Below are positions 35,079 through 43,207 of a stretch of 44,406 nt of DNA, piece after piece. The DNA comes from a virus (Duplodnaviria; Caudoviricetes), in the IMG/VR virus record IMGVR_UViG_3300037483_000295, positions 1 to 44,406 of that record. One strand, given 5' to 3'. Position 1 is the stretch's first letter, and every line of letters begins with the position of its first letter. The position numbers and the translations under genes are program-made. Below the pieces are notes generated by a model. It had not been told where the DNA came from. It did not search any database and saw only the letters and a program-made list of their open reading frames with translations.

Positions 35079-35271
35079 GAAGCCATACATGGATGATGTG
35101 CCGCTGCCGGACGACCACAAGGTGACGGTCTGCGACCGGTGTTTGCGGGCTTGTTGCTGGCATGGCGAGTTCATGTGCGATAACGCCAGAACGGCTGGCA
35201 CGGTTGTCCGCACCGTCAAGCAGCTTCGCGAAGGCGGCTACGGCGAACACGAAGATTATTGGAGGCGTTGA
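35071..35271 (+). CDS. Cys-rich hypothetical protein
   Basis: VTVCDRCLRACCWHGEFMCD..EHEDYW. Confidence 0.65.
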   Translation: MTEKPYMDDVPLPDDHKVTVCDRCLRACCWHGEFMCDNARTAGTVVRTVKQLREGGYGEHEDYWRR

Positions 35272-35377
35272 CCATGACTAGCCCCCACACCCGCCGTCCC
35301 GACGCCCTGTGGACCGTGGTGGTAAGCGTGGCTGTCTACGGGCTGCTGTTCGCTGCGTTTGTCGTGGGGATGATGTG

Positions 35378-35899
35378 ATGCGTTTGGCGTATTGCGACCC
35401 ACCCTATCCTGGTTGCGCGCATTTGTATCAGGATCATCCTGACTATGCAGGCGAAGTCGACCACGCGGCCCTGATCGAGCGACTTGAGCGCGAGTACGAT
35501 GGCTGGGTGTTGCACACATCGGCTACAGCTGAGGCAATCGCGCTTCTCGCCCCGCTGGTGTTGCCGACCGGCGCGCGCTGGATGTCATGGGTAAAGGGAT
35601 TCGCAGCCTTCAAACGCAATGTCTCTGTCGCTTATGCGTGGGAACCAGTGATTGTGAAGGCGGCCCGCAAGCCCGTGGTGAGCAAACGCCTAGTCATGCG
35701 CGATTGGATACAGGAAAGCATTACGCTCAAGCGCGGCCTCACCGGAGCCAAGCCGGAGGCCGTTTGCCATTGGGCGTTTGAGATGCTCGGCGCCAGGCCA
35801 GAGGACGAACTGTGCGACCTGTTCCTCGGCACCGGAGCTGTAACTGAGGCCTGGCGGACATGGAAGTTAAAGTTTGCCCTTCCGGTAGATGCAGCATGA
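35378..35899 (+). CDS. compact amino-DNA methyltransferase (N6A/N4C, beta motif order)
   Basis: Motif IV DPPY at the N-terminus, KP motif, motif I DLFLGTG at the C-terminus. Confidence 0.75.
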   Translation: MRLAYCDPPYPGCAHLYQDHPDYAGEVDHAALIERLEREYDGWVLHTSATAEAIALLAPLVLPTGARWMSWVKGFAAFKRNVSVAYAWEPVIVKAARKPVVSKRLVMRDWIQESITLKRGLTGAKPEAVCHWAFEMLGARPEDELCDLFLGTGAVTEAWRTWKLKFALPVDAA

Positions 35900-36025
35900 T
35901 CTGGGCGGCATTCGCGCTTGTTGTCATTGTCGCCTTAATCGCGTTGGCCTCTATCGGTGGCAACGACTACGAGAGATAACCGCACGCGCTCGGCGGGTGA
36001 CAAGTAGAGCGTACCACTGCACGGA

Positions 36026-36208
36026 TTGAAAATGATGGAATGCGTGATTCTGTTTCGCAACACAGGCAACGGAGCGGTTGGCTTCATCGGCGACGATGGG
36101 GAAATCGCTGTGTTTGAACGGGAAGAGGCAATCGAGTTTGCCCTATCCGGAGATAGCCCCGCGCTACGCGCATTTCCATATCAGATTGTGGAGCTTGATG
36201 AACTTTGA
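36026..36208 (+). CDS. hypothetical protein
   Basis: ORF in the early-left operon. Confidence 0.55.
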   Translation: MKMMECVILFRNTGNGAVGFIGDDGEIAVFEREEAIEFALSGDSPALRAFPYQIVELDEL

Positions 36209-36421
36209 CATCCGGCCCGCAAGGGTCGGGGCGCGGCCTGTCCGGATGCGGTGCCCTTGGGGGCTAAGGGCTTTCCCTGTGACTGCACCCGGGTCATTGG
36301 ACCCTCGACCGCAGCGCCGCGCCAACTACCCCTGCCGGTGGGGAGCACCGGTACCGCACGGACTCCCGGCCGGTCTCCTGCATGACGACCCCCCGGACCG
36401 GTCGGGAGTAGCGAGGATGAG

Positions 36422-36592
36422 ATGCGAAGCGCGACAATCAAATTTCAGTGGGATGAAGACGCGAAAGTCTTCTGCATCACTAGCGATGATGTCCCTGGGC
36501 TAGTGCTGGAAGCTAGCAATTTTCTCGAAGCTGGGCACAAGCTGCAATTGGCAGTCCCGGCTCTTCTGGCCGCCAATGCCGAGGAAGTCTGA
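36422..36592 (+). CDS. DUF1902 / HicB-like antitoxin-fold protein (orphan)
   Basis: Not in the ORF track. GAGGA RBS; WDEDAKVFCITSDDVPGLVLEA..L..AVPALLAAN. Confidence 0.75.
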   Translation: MRSATIKFQWDEDAKVFCITSDDVPGLVLEASNFLEAGHKLQLAVPALLAANAEEV

Positions 36593-36593
36593 C

Positions 36594-36785
36594 ATGACTC
36601 CCACGCCACGCATGGCCCCGCCGCTGCACACCCCGGCCAACCTGTTCTTCGGCCTCGCCCGCACTGATCCCCATTGGGCAGAGCAGGAGCCGCCGTCCAG
36701 GCTGGCAACATGGTTCTGGTACGGCCTGGTCTTCGCAGCCCTGATGCTGGCGCTGTGGATCGGGCTGGGGGTGGTGGCGGGATGA
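36594..36785 (+). CDS. small protein with C-terminal TM helix
   Basis: WFWYGLVFAALMLALWIGLGVVAG. Confidence 0.55.
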   Translation: MTPTPRMAPPLHTPANLFFGLARTDPHWAEQEPPSRLATWFWYGLVFAALMLALWIGLGVVAG

Positions 36786-37012
36786 CACCTACTCAACAGC
36801 AGAAAAAGGCCTTCGAGTGGCTCGCGTCTCGTGGCGGAGACGGGCTCTATGAGCGTCGTTATGGAACGGTCGTTGCTAGCGATGAGCGGGCGCCATTTAC
36901 TCGACAGACGTGGGCGGCGCTTTGCGAGTACGGCTGGGTTGAACGGTATGGCCCCAAAAGTGCGCGCATTCGAATTACGCCAGTCGGCACAGCTTATCGT
37001 GGCGCGTCATGA
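36782..37012 (+). CDS. hypothetical (winged-helix-like) protein
   Basis: MTPTQQQKKAFEWL..TWAALCEYGWVE..RITPVG. Confidence 0.55.
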   Translation: MTPTQQQKKAFEWLASRGGDGLYERRYGTVVASDERAPFTRQTWAALCEYGWVERYGPKSARIRITPVGTAYRGAS

Positions 37013-37172
37013 CCCCCGCACAGCAACGCGAGCACGCCGCATGGATGCGAGTGGCCCGCGAGTGTGTACTGACTGACATTCGGACCCGCATCCAAATCCT
37101 CTGCGACACCTGCCAGTACGGCTGGGAATCCCGTCCGCATGAGAAGATCGGCGACATGATAGCGAGGCTGGA

Positions 37173-37403
37173 ATGGCTACGATCTGCGCCCGCTGCATCA
37201 ACCTCGTCATCGTCAACAAATCCGACTCCTGGTTCCGATGGCAATGCTTCGCCAACCGAACCGAAGCACGTCCGAACTACGTCACGGGAGGCGTAGAGGA
37301 GCCGTACAAGCTATGTCGCTACGTCAACGACGGCGAGTGTCCCGACTACCAGGAAGGCCCGAATAGCCTGCAACCGAAAGAGACGCCCGATGAAACTAGC
37401 TGA
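37173..37403 (+). CDS. Cys-rich hypothetical protein
   Basis: CARC..C..C..NDGECPDY. Confidence 0.6.
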   Translation: MATICARCINLVIVNKSDSWFRWQCFANRTEARPNYVTGGVEEPYKLCRYVNDGECPDYQEGPNSLQPKETPDETS

Positions 37404-38049
37404 TCTTGCCAGACCCTTCCCGCCCGAGCGCGTGTCCTGGCGCGTTGGCTCGACGACGCAGGACAAGAAGCGCGGCATGGCACTCGCCTATATCGACGCC
37501 CGCGACGTGATGGATCGGCTGGATGAAGTGTGCGGCCCTGAGGGTTGGTCTTGCCGCTATCCAGCGACTTCGGGCAAGGCGGTCCTCTGCGAGATCGCAA
37601 TCAAGATCGGCGGCGAATGGGTTGGCAAGGAAGACGGCGCCGGGGATACGGACGTTGAGGCTGAAAAGGGCGCGCTCTCCGATGCCTTCAAGCGGGCTGC
37701 TGTCAAGTGGGGCGTCGGGCGCTACCTGTACGATCTGGATAGCCCGTGGGTAGAGCTAGAGGCGGCGGGCAAGAGCTACAAGATACCGGATCGGGAGAGG
37801 GCTCGGCTGCAAGCCATCTTGCAAGGCAAGGCGCCGCCACAAGCCCATGCCCCTGATGCAGTCAACTCGGCCGCCCGTTACATGGCAACCGCCATGGACA
37901 CCATCTCCGTCGCGCCGGGCCAGGAAGCCCTACAGAGATGGTGGAAGGCTGAGTCCGAAAACCGACGCTCTGCCGGCCTCACGCAAGCCGACGTTGACGC
38001 GCTCAAGGTCGCCATGCAGGAACGCCTCGGAGAACTGGTCAATGCCTGA
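37390..38049 (+). CDS. Rad52/Rad22-family single-strand annealing protein (Sak-like)
   Basis: LARPFP..AYIDARDVMDRLDEVCG..EAEKGALSDAFKRAAVKWGVGRYLY. Confidence 0.9.
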   Translation: MKLADLARPFPPERVSWRVGSTTQDKKRGMALAYIDARDVMDRLDEVCGPEGWSCRYPATSGKAVLCEIAIKIGGEWVGKEDGAGDTDVEAEKGALSDAFKRAAVKWGVGRYLYDLDSPWVELEAAGKSYKIPDRERARLQAILQGKAPPQAHAPDAVNSAARYMATAMDTISVAPGQEALQRWWKAESENRRSAGLTQADVDALKVAMQERLGELVNA

Positions 38050-38196
38050 CCCCCAGACCGCCCTTGAACTGCTGCGGCGCGAGAATCGCAGGCTGCTGAA
38101 GCGGTGCGAGGTCTTGCAGGCCGAGGTCATGGCGGAGCGGCAGCGGGCCGAGGCGCTAGAGGTATGGGCGCGGAGCCTGATAGGAGCCAAAGCAGC

Positions 38197-38652
38197 ATGA
38201 CCGCCTTCAGGGCCGCATACGCCGACTTGAAGATCGTCAAGACCCGTGGCGTATGTCAGGTAATTTTGGAATTGCCCCTAGAGCAGGCAGACGCAGCCCT
38301 GGAAATCCTGGGGGGCGTGCCTAGGCCGGATCGGGAGGTATGGTGTGGCGTGGCGAGGCTGGACATGAAGGCCCCTGCCGTGCCCGCACAGCCCGAGGAA
38401 CCGGCAAAGGAACGCACGCCCTTCCATAAGCTGCCCCTGGTCAAGCAGGCCGGGATATTGGCGAAGGATGCGCGGTTCCAGATGTGGGCATGCGGGATAT
38501 GGGAGGAAGAAACGGCGGCGGCCTTCATCCGGAGCACATGCGGCGTTAAATCGCGAGCGGACATTTTCGGCAACTCAGAGGCTTTGATGAAATTCATGCG
38601 CATGTACGAGCGTTACATGATCGACACCGGCCAGTGGACTGCGCCGCAATGA
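38197..38652 (+). CDS. conserved hypothetical protein of the recombination module
   Basis: KIVKTR..Q..ELPLE; AGIL..D.RFQ.W..FIR..CGVKSRAD. Confidence 0.65.
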   Translation: MTAFRAAYADLKIVKTRGVCQVILELPLEQADAALEILGGVPRPDREVWCGVARLDMKAPAVPAQPEEPAKERTPFHKLPLVKQAGILAKDARFQMWACGIWEEETAAAFIRSTCGVKSRADIFGNSEALMKFMRMYERYMIDTGQWTAPQ

Positions 38653-39011
38653 CCATCCTCCCGCCCCGCATCGTCAAGGACCGCAAGCGCCGCGACACCC
38701 GGTTGCGCTGCCCGGCCCATTTGGCATTCGTCCGAAGCCATGCGTGCTGTGTGCCGGGGTGCGACGTGCTGCCGATTGAAGCGGCGCATGTTAGAACCGG
38801 CACAGACGGATATCTAAACGGGAAGCCCTCCGATTGTTGGGCCATTAGCCTGTGTGTCGAACATCATCGCAGTCAGCATATGCTCGGCGAATCTTCATTC
38901 GAGCGGACTTTCGGCATCGACATGAAAGCCCTAGCCCAAGCCTTCTGGGATGCGTTCCGAAAGATCAACCCCACAGCGGCCCGGCGGGCAGAGATGAGGA
39001 CGGTGAGATGA
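38649..39011 (+). CDS. DUF968-like HNH/Zn nuclease
   Basis: HLAFVRSHACCVPGC..EAAHVR..KPSD..SLCVEHH..QH. Confidence 0.8.
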   Translation: MTILPPRIVKDRKRRDTRLRCPAHLAFVRSHACCVPGCDVLPIEAAHVRTGTDGYLNGKPSDCWAISLCVEHHRSQHMLGESSFERTFGIDMKALAQAFWDAFRKINPTAARRAEMRTVR

Positions 39012-39295
39012 CCCCCGAACACCCCGCCGTTGCGCTGGCGCGAGAGTTGGTCGCTGCGGCAGATGCCTTCGACGAGAGCAGGACCGCAAAAACACAGGAC
39101 AATCTCGCTACTGCGCTCAATGCGTCACGTGATGGCGGTAACATCGTTGCGACAGCTCGCCATCTCATCCTGCTCCAAGCCGTAGCGAGTGCGGCGCGGG
39201 ATCGGATTGAGTCGCACGGCCAATACGGCGAATGTCTATGCTCGTTGTGCGCGGCATTCCACAAGCTCGACGCCGCTCCGGGGCAGGGAGTGTGA
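39008..39295 (+). CDS. hypothetical protein
   Basis: ATGA-coupled ORF. Confidence 0.5.
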   Translation: MTPEHPAVALARELVAAADAFDESRTAKTQDNLATALNASRDGGNIVATARHLILLQAVASAARDRIESHGQYGECLCSLCAAFHKLDAAPGQGV

Positions 39296-39296
39296 G

Positions 39297-39563
39297 ATGC
39301 TGAGTGATCGCGAATACGTTCATCGAATTGCCTACAGCATGAAGGTCGGCCAGCAGGCAACTTTCGACCTCAGGCTGATCCAGAACGCTTTCCCGGCTCC
39401 GCTGCTATCTGACCGCCCGCCTGTTGATGGCCTACTTGAAAGCCTCATCGGCGCTAACTACGGGACGTTCCGGGCGACCGTTGATCCGATGAAACGCGAA
39501 GTCACGCTGTCGCGCCATGAAGAGAGTAAAGAGCGTGTCCGTGAAGATTGGGATCGCCGATGA
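39297..39563 (+). CDS. hypothetical protein
   Basis: GGAG RBS, coupled ORF. Confidence 0.5.
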   Translation: MLSDREYVHRIAYSMKVGQQATFDLRLIQNAFPAPLLSDRPPVDGLLESLIGANYGTFRATVDPMKREVTLSRHEESKERVREDWDRR

Positions 39564-39614
39564 CTGACCGGGTTTACCCCCTCCCCTACCCCACAGACCA
39601 GGAAAGGAGTACGC

Positions 39615-39959
39615 ATGGTTGGAACCGTGGAGGGCGTGTTGGCAGAGCGCAAAGACAAGAAAGCGATTACCGAAGAGCTGGACGACTTCGATAAGAAGAT
39701 GATCGGGGCCGCCGTAAGGCTGGAAATCCCGTTCACCAGCGTCTATAATATGCGGAAGATCGCTGAGTTCTTGCACGGCTACGCCGACATGCTCGATAAC
39801 TACTCGCGGCGCAGCGATATCAAGGATAGGGCTATCCTCTACCACCTGAAGATGGAAGCCCGCCGGATTAACGCCAAGATCAGAAAGGCGTGCAACTACA
39901 AACTGAGGCCAAGCGAATGCGAAGAGGACCCTACGGGCAAACCGCTGCGCAAAAACTAG
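39615..39959 (+). CDS. hypothetical protein
   Basis: AAGGAG RBS, GC3 bias. Confidence 0.7.
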   Translation: MVGTVEGVLAERKDKKAITEELDDFDKKMIGAAVRLEIPFTSVYNMRKIAEFLHGYADMLDNYSRRSDIKDRAILYHLKMEARRINAKIRKACNYKLRPSECEEDPTGKPLRKN

Positions 39960-40552
39960 CCCGCTACACGCGCGTGATGCCGTCAGGGTGCTGGGAATGG
40001 ACTGGCACCAAGACAGAGAAGGGCTACGGATTGATAACGATGCAAGACGCCTTTGGGCGTCGAACGACAACGGCCCATCGCATCGCCTACCAGGAAGCTG
40101 TCGGCCCGATCCCCAAGGGGAAATCCGTGCTGCACACCTGCGACAATCCGAGCTGCGTCAATCAGGTTCATCTGTTCCTGGGGACGCAGAAAGAAAACAT
40201 CGCCGACATGGTGCAGAAGGGGCGGGACAAGTTTAACCGCACCGGCAGCCTCACGAGGATTGAGCGCGAGCGCCGGATTGACGCTGTCAAGTCCGGTCGT
40301 CCCCTTGCCGAGATAGCGGCCGATGCCGGAATCGACGTGACCTCTCTTAAGCGCTGGATGGCATTTTATTTCAAACCAGGGTACGTAGGAAAACGGCCGA
40401 GTTACGATATCTTGCGTCAGCCACGCGATGCACCCCAATATTCAATATGCGAATCACAGAAAGTTCTAACTGCTGACTCCGCTGCAACCCCAGAGAAAGA
40501 CGGGGAAATTTTATTGCGCGGCAGAATCAGCAGACCAGACGGGGAAACCTAG
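39917..40552 (+). CDS. HNH endonuclease with C-terminal HTH
   Basis: CWEWTG..GYG..AHRIAY..VLHTCDNPSCVNQVHLFLGTQKENIADM..KGR; LAEIAADAGIDVTSLKRW. Confidence 0.85.
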   Translation: MRRGPYGQTAAQKLARYTRVMPSGCWEWTGTKTEKGYGLITMQDAFGRRTTTAHRIAYQEAVGPIPKGKSVLHTCDNPSCVNQVHLFLGTQKENIADMVQKGRDKFNRTGSLTRIERERRIDAVKSGRPLAEIAADAGIDVTSLKRWMAFYFKPGYVGKRPSYDILRQPRDAPQYSICESQKVLTADSAATPEKDGEILLRGRISRPDGET

Positions 40553-40656
40553 AGATTGGTCCCGGATCGGATGTTTGGAGTCGGCTTCAACGTTGCGGCC
40601 AAGGAATGACCGCAGTACCCGGCGCGGACAGCCGGCGGATTCGCAGGTGCGGAGTT

Positions 40657-41088
40657 ATGGAAAATAGCGATTACGATTTGCTGGCAGAGCTTGATCGTGA
40701 ATCAGAGCGAAGAACGGCTCGCGTGCGGGAAATGCTGCTTAATGCCGGTCGCCCTGATCTTGTCACCGATCTTGAATGCAGATTGCGAGACGTTCGGCTC
40801 GGCCTCGACAGTGCCCGCAATTGCTGGCACAGCATCTCGACATGCCAGCGGCGAATCCTGACGATCATGGGCACCGGTCGGTGGCTGTCCCGCTCCGGTG
40901 GCTCGCGGACTCGCTATGATGCAATTGGTGAGCCGCATGCTATCGCCAATGTCTGCGGTCTTGCAACCGCCCGGGCGCTATGCGCTCACGAGCTTTGCCA
41001 TGTAGATGGCGGGGCGACGGACCCGGAACGCAAGATTATCCTGACCGAGCGAGGCCGGTTTGTTCTGGCACATTGGCACGCGGCCTAG
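40657..41088 (+). CDS. hypothetical protein
   Basis: GGAG RBS; C-terminal LTERGR winged-helix-like end. Confidence 0.6.
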   Translation: MENSDYDLLAELDRESERRTARVREMLLNAGRPDLVTDLECRLRDVRLGLDSARNCWHSISTCQRRILTIMGTGRWLSRSGGSRTRYDAIGEPHAIANVCGLATARALCAHELCHVDGGATDPERKIILTERGRFVLAHWHAA

Positions 41089-41136
41089 CCCTCGGCGCGG
41101 CGCTCCTGGCGGTGGTACAGTACGGGGTGGGGTAGC

Positions 41137-41559
41137 ATGAGCGACGATTTCGTTGATCTTCGCCGCCCCGCGCAACTCGCCACCCGTCGCAATCAGACCG
41201 GATTTAAGGGCGTCTTCTTCGACCGTCGCCGCAACAAGTATTCAGCCGAGCTTTGGCCGGATGGCGCCGCCGGCAAACGGCTGCGTTCCCCACGCTTTGA
41301 TACCCCCGAAGAGGCGGGCGCATGGTACGATGAAAAGGCTCGCGAATTCTATGGAGAGACGACGGCGGTAAATTTCCCGCTGAACGGAGAGCGCGGCCTT
41401 CTCGATCGGTTGAACGCCCAAAAGTGCCTTAATGGTCATGACTTGACGGATGCCAACGTTTACATTTCTGCCGCCGGACAGCGGTATTGTCGTGCTTGCA
41501 ACCGCCAAGCAGCACTGCGGCGCTACCGCCGTAAACGACAACTTGCCGACCCCGCCTAA
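41137..41559 (+). CDS. AP2-domain + Zn-ribbon DNA-binding protein lacking an HNH core
   Basis: NQTGFKGV..F.TPEEA..YD..A..YGE..NFP (AP2); KCLNGH..CRAC. Confidence 0.75.
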   Translation: MSDDFVDLRRPAQLATRRNQTGFKGVFFDRRRNKYSAELWPDGAAGKRLRSPRFDTPEEAGAWYDEKAREFYGETTAVNFPLNGERGLLDRLNAQKCLNGHDLTDANVYISAAGQRYCRACNRQAALRRYRRKRQLADPA

Positions 41560-41999
41560 ATCTCTATCCAGTTCCCCCGCAACTGCTCCCGGTACACCAG
41601 GAACCGCTGGGTGTTGTCCAGCACGACCTGTTGCTGTCGGCCGTTGATGGTGGCGAAGATGCACAACGCGACGTGGGGCCGGGGATCTACCGCCAGCATG
41701 TACCAGCCACGATAAAGGATGCGCAGCGACTCGCGGGGGATTTCAAGCTTCAGCCGCGCGTCTTCATGGGCCTTCAGGCACTTGTCTTCGCAATCCCCCT
41801 TGTAGGACACCACGGCCTTGTCGGACACGCCGAACTGCTCCATGTCCGTCATGTACCTGACGCTCTTCATCAGGTTGTGGATACCTGCGATCCTGACGAA
41901 CAAGTCCTGCGTCCAGCCGTCGTAATACACCGGCTCGCCGGTCGCCAGCTCGACAGGCCATTTGGCGCGCATGCGCTGGCGGATTTCGTCGGGCTTCAT
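41556..41999 (-). CDS. bacterial transglutaminase-like cysteine peptidase (BTLCP/LapG, peptidase C93-like)
   Basis: Y.TD.EQFGVSD..GDCED (Cys), IPRESLRI, HVAL (His), VLDN (Asp). Confidence 0.8.
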   Translation of the reverse strand: MKPDEIRQRMRAKWPVELATGEPVYYDGWTQDLFVRIAGIHNLMKSVRYMTDMEQFGVSDKAVVSYKGDCEDKCLKAHEDARLKLEIPRESLRILYRGWYMLAVDPRPHVALCIFATINGRQQQVVLDNTQRFLVYREQLRGNWIEI

Positions 42000-42025
42000 G
42001 GGTTGAACTTTCTGTGATTAGGCGC

Positions 42026-42054
42026 TTGACACCTAGGCCAATATAGCCTAAATC
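42026..42054 (+). promoter_or_regulatory. sigma70 promoter with palindromic operator in the spacer
   Basis: TTGACA-17bp-TAAATC; TAGGC-caatata-GCCTA at 42034-42050. Confidence 0.75.
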
Positions 42055-42081
42055 GAGGTCTTCGGCAATCGGAGACCGGGC

Positions 42082-42393
42082 ATGAACCAGATAGATTGTG
42101 AGAGGATTCGCGCTGGCGAAATCAGCGAGCGCCCCGTTCACCCTGAATACGGCCGTGCCCTTGGTGGCCGGCCCCATGTGGTTGACGGGGTTGTTCTGCG
42201 CCCGTACCGAACCGGGATATTGCGGGCGGTCTGGATCAGCGATGATGGGCGGATCACCGTGAACGACAGCCGCCCACCACGAGCACGCCGGGCATGGTTC
42301 TGGGCGAGGCTGGACGGAGAACTCGTCGGGGATCGGTTCGCCACCTTCGGACAGGCAGCGCGCGCTGCGATAGCCAAGGCCGAAAGCCAGTGA
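42082..42393 (+). CDS. hypothetical moron protein
   Basis: GGAG RBS downstream of its own promoter. Confidence 0.65.
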   Translation: MNQIDCERIRAGEISERPVHPEYGRALGGRPHVVDGVVLRPYRTGILRAVWISDDGRITVNDSRPPRARRAWFWARLDGELVGDRFATFGQAARAAIAKAESQ

Positions 42394-42614
42394 CCCCCCG
42401 CCAACTCCGCGCCGCCCTCGCCCGTCTCGGCCTATCTCAGGTCGGGGCGGCGAAGGCCTTGGGCATCGGGGACCGGACCATGCGGGAGTACGTGGACGAG
42501 CGGGGAGACGGCCCTCCTGGCCCTGTCGCAGCGGCCGTGAGGGCGTGGCTGATGCTGGCAAAGCTCGGCGTTGATCCTGCCGAATGGGTTGCAAATCCTC
42601 GCGGGAGGGGCTAG
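42390..42614 (+). CDS. small XRE HTH regulator
   Basis: GTG start; TPRQLRAALARLGLSQVGAAKALGIGDRTMREY. Confidence 0.8.
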   Translation: MTPRQLRAALARLGLSQVGAAKALGIGDRTMREYVDERGDGPPGPVAAAVRAWLMLAKLGVDPAEWVANPRGRG

Positions 42615-42690
42615 GGCCTTTTGAAGGCGAGCGCAACAAGTCATTGAAAGTAAAGAGCTTTAGGTTTCTGCAGCACAGGAAATCTGGGGC

Positions 42691-42719
42691 TGGCAACCTC
42701 TGCGCATTAGGGCTAATGT
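42691..42719 (+). promoter_or_regulatory. sigma70-like promoter of tRNA-like RNA A
   Basis: TGGCAA-17bp-TAATGT; predicted +1 at 42725/42726, the first base of the acceptor-like stem. Confidence 0.6.
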
Positions 42720-42725
42720 CGTGGG

Positions 42726-42876
42726 GCTGCGGCGGCGTGGATGGACACGCTGGATTTTTTCGGTTTGCTCTATGGATGCTCGCGAGCAGGCATCGTCGAG
42801 CGAGACGAGCGCCGAGGGATAGTGGGATAGGGGCCTGCACCCGAGTCCCGAGCCGGTATCAAGCCCGGCCCGCAGC
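42726..42876 (+). ncRNA. tRNA-like structured RNA A (about 151 nt)
   Basis: Acceptor GCTGCGG/CCGCAGC, D-like GCGTG-gatgga-CACGC, T-like GCCGG-tatcaagc-CCGGC stacked on the acceptor; 101-nt structured insert. Confidence 0.7.
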
Positions 42877-42989
42877 TACTCCCCCACCATCCACTGCACT
42901 GCCGCCCCGATCAGGGCCACGGCCATGATTGCCAGGACGGCCCAGACGAACAGGTGCTCGGCGGCGAGGATGATTCCGAGGATGGTCAT
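42876..42989 (-). CDS. 37-aa hydrophobic membrane peptide
   Basis: Not in the ORF track. MTILGIILAAEHLFVWAVLAIMAVALIGAAVQWMVGE; ATGA-coupled to the upstream gene. Confidence 0.55.
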   Translation of the reverse strand: MTILGIILAAEHLFVWAVLAIMAVALIGAAVQWMVGE

Positions 42990-43207
42990 GGCGAGCAATC
43001 CGGCCGGTTGGCCCTCACCCGGTCCCACTCCGATTCCGTGGCCCAGCGCCAGCGCCCGGTCGTCGCCTCGTCGGGCTCCGGGATCACCACGCCGTACAGA
43101 ACCGAAAGCCGGTAATGCAGGCCGTCGTCGATATAGCAGTCGTCTGGCTGCGGCTCACTCTTGGCACCGCACAGCAGATCGCCGTTGACCCGACAGCGGA
43201 GACTCAT
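42986..43207 (-). CDS. hypothetical protein
   Basis: ATGA-coupled; LLCGAKSEP..DCYIDDGLHYRLS. Confidence 0.6.
   Translation of the reverse strand: MSLRCRVNGDLLCGAKSEPQPDDCYIDDGLHYRLSVLYGVVIPEPDEATTGRWRWATESEWDRVRANRPDCSP

Noticed and set aside
35984-36016. Short hairpin ending in ACCA, suggestive of a tRNA 3' end
   Set aside because: No T-arm or cloverleaf; too short.
40380-40650. AT-richer, hairpin-containing segment as attP or ncRNA
   Set aside because: No core or arm repeats, or tRNA-end homology, that I can support; mostly inside the HNH reading frame.
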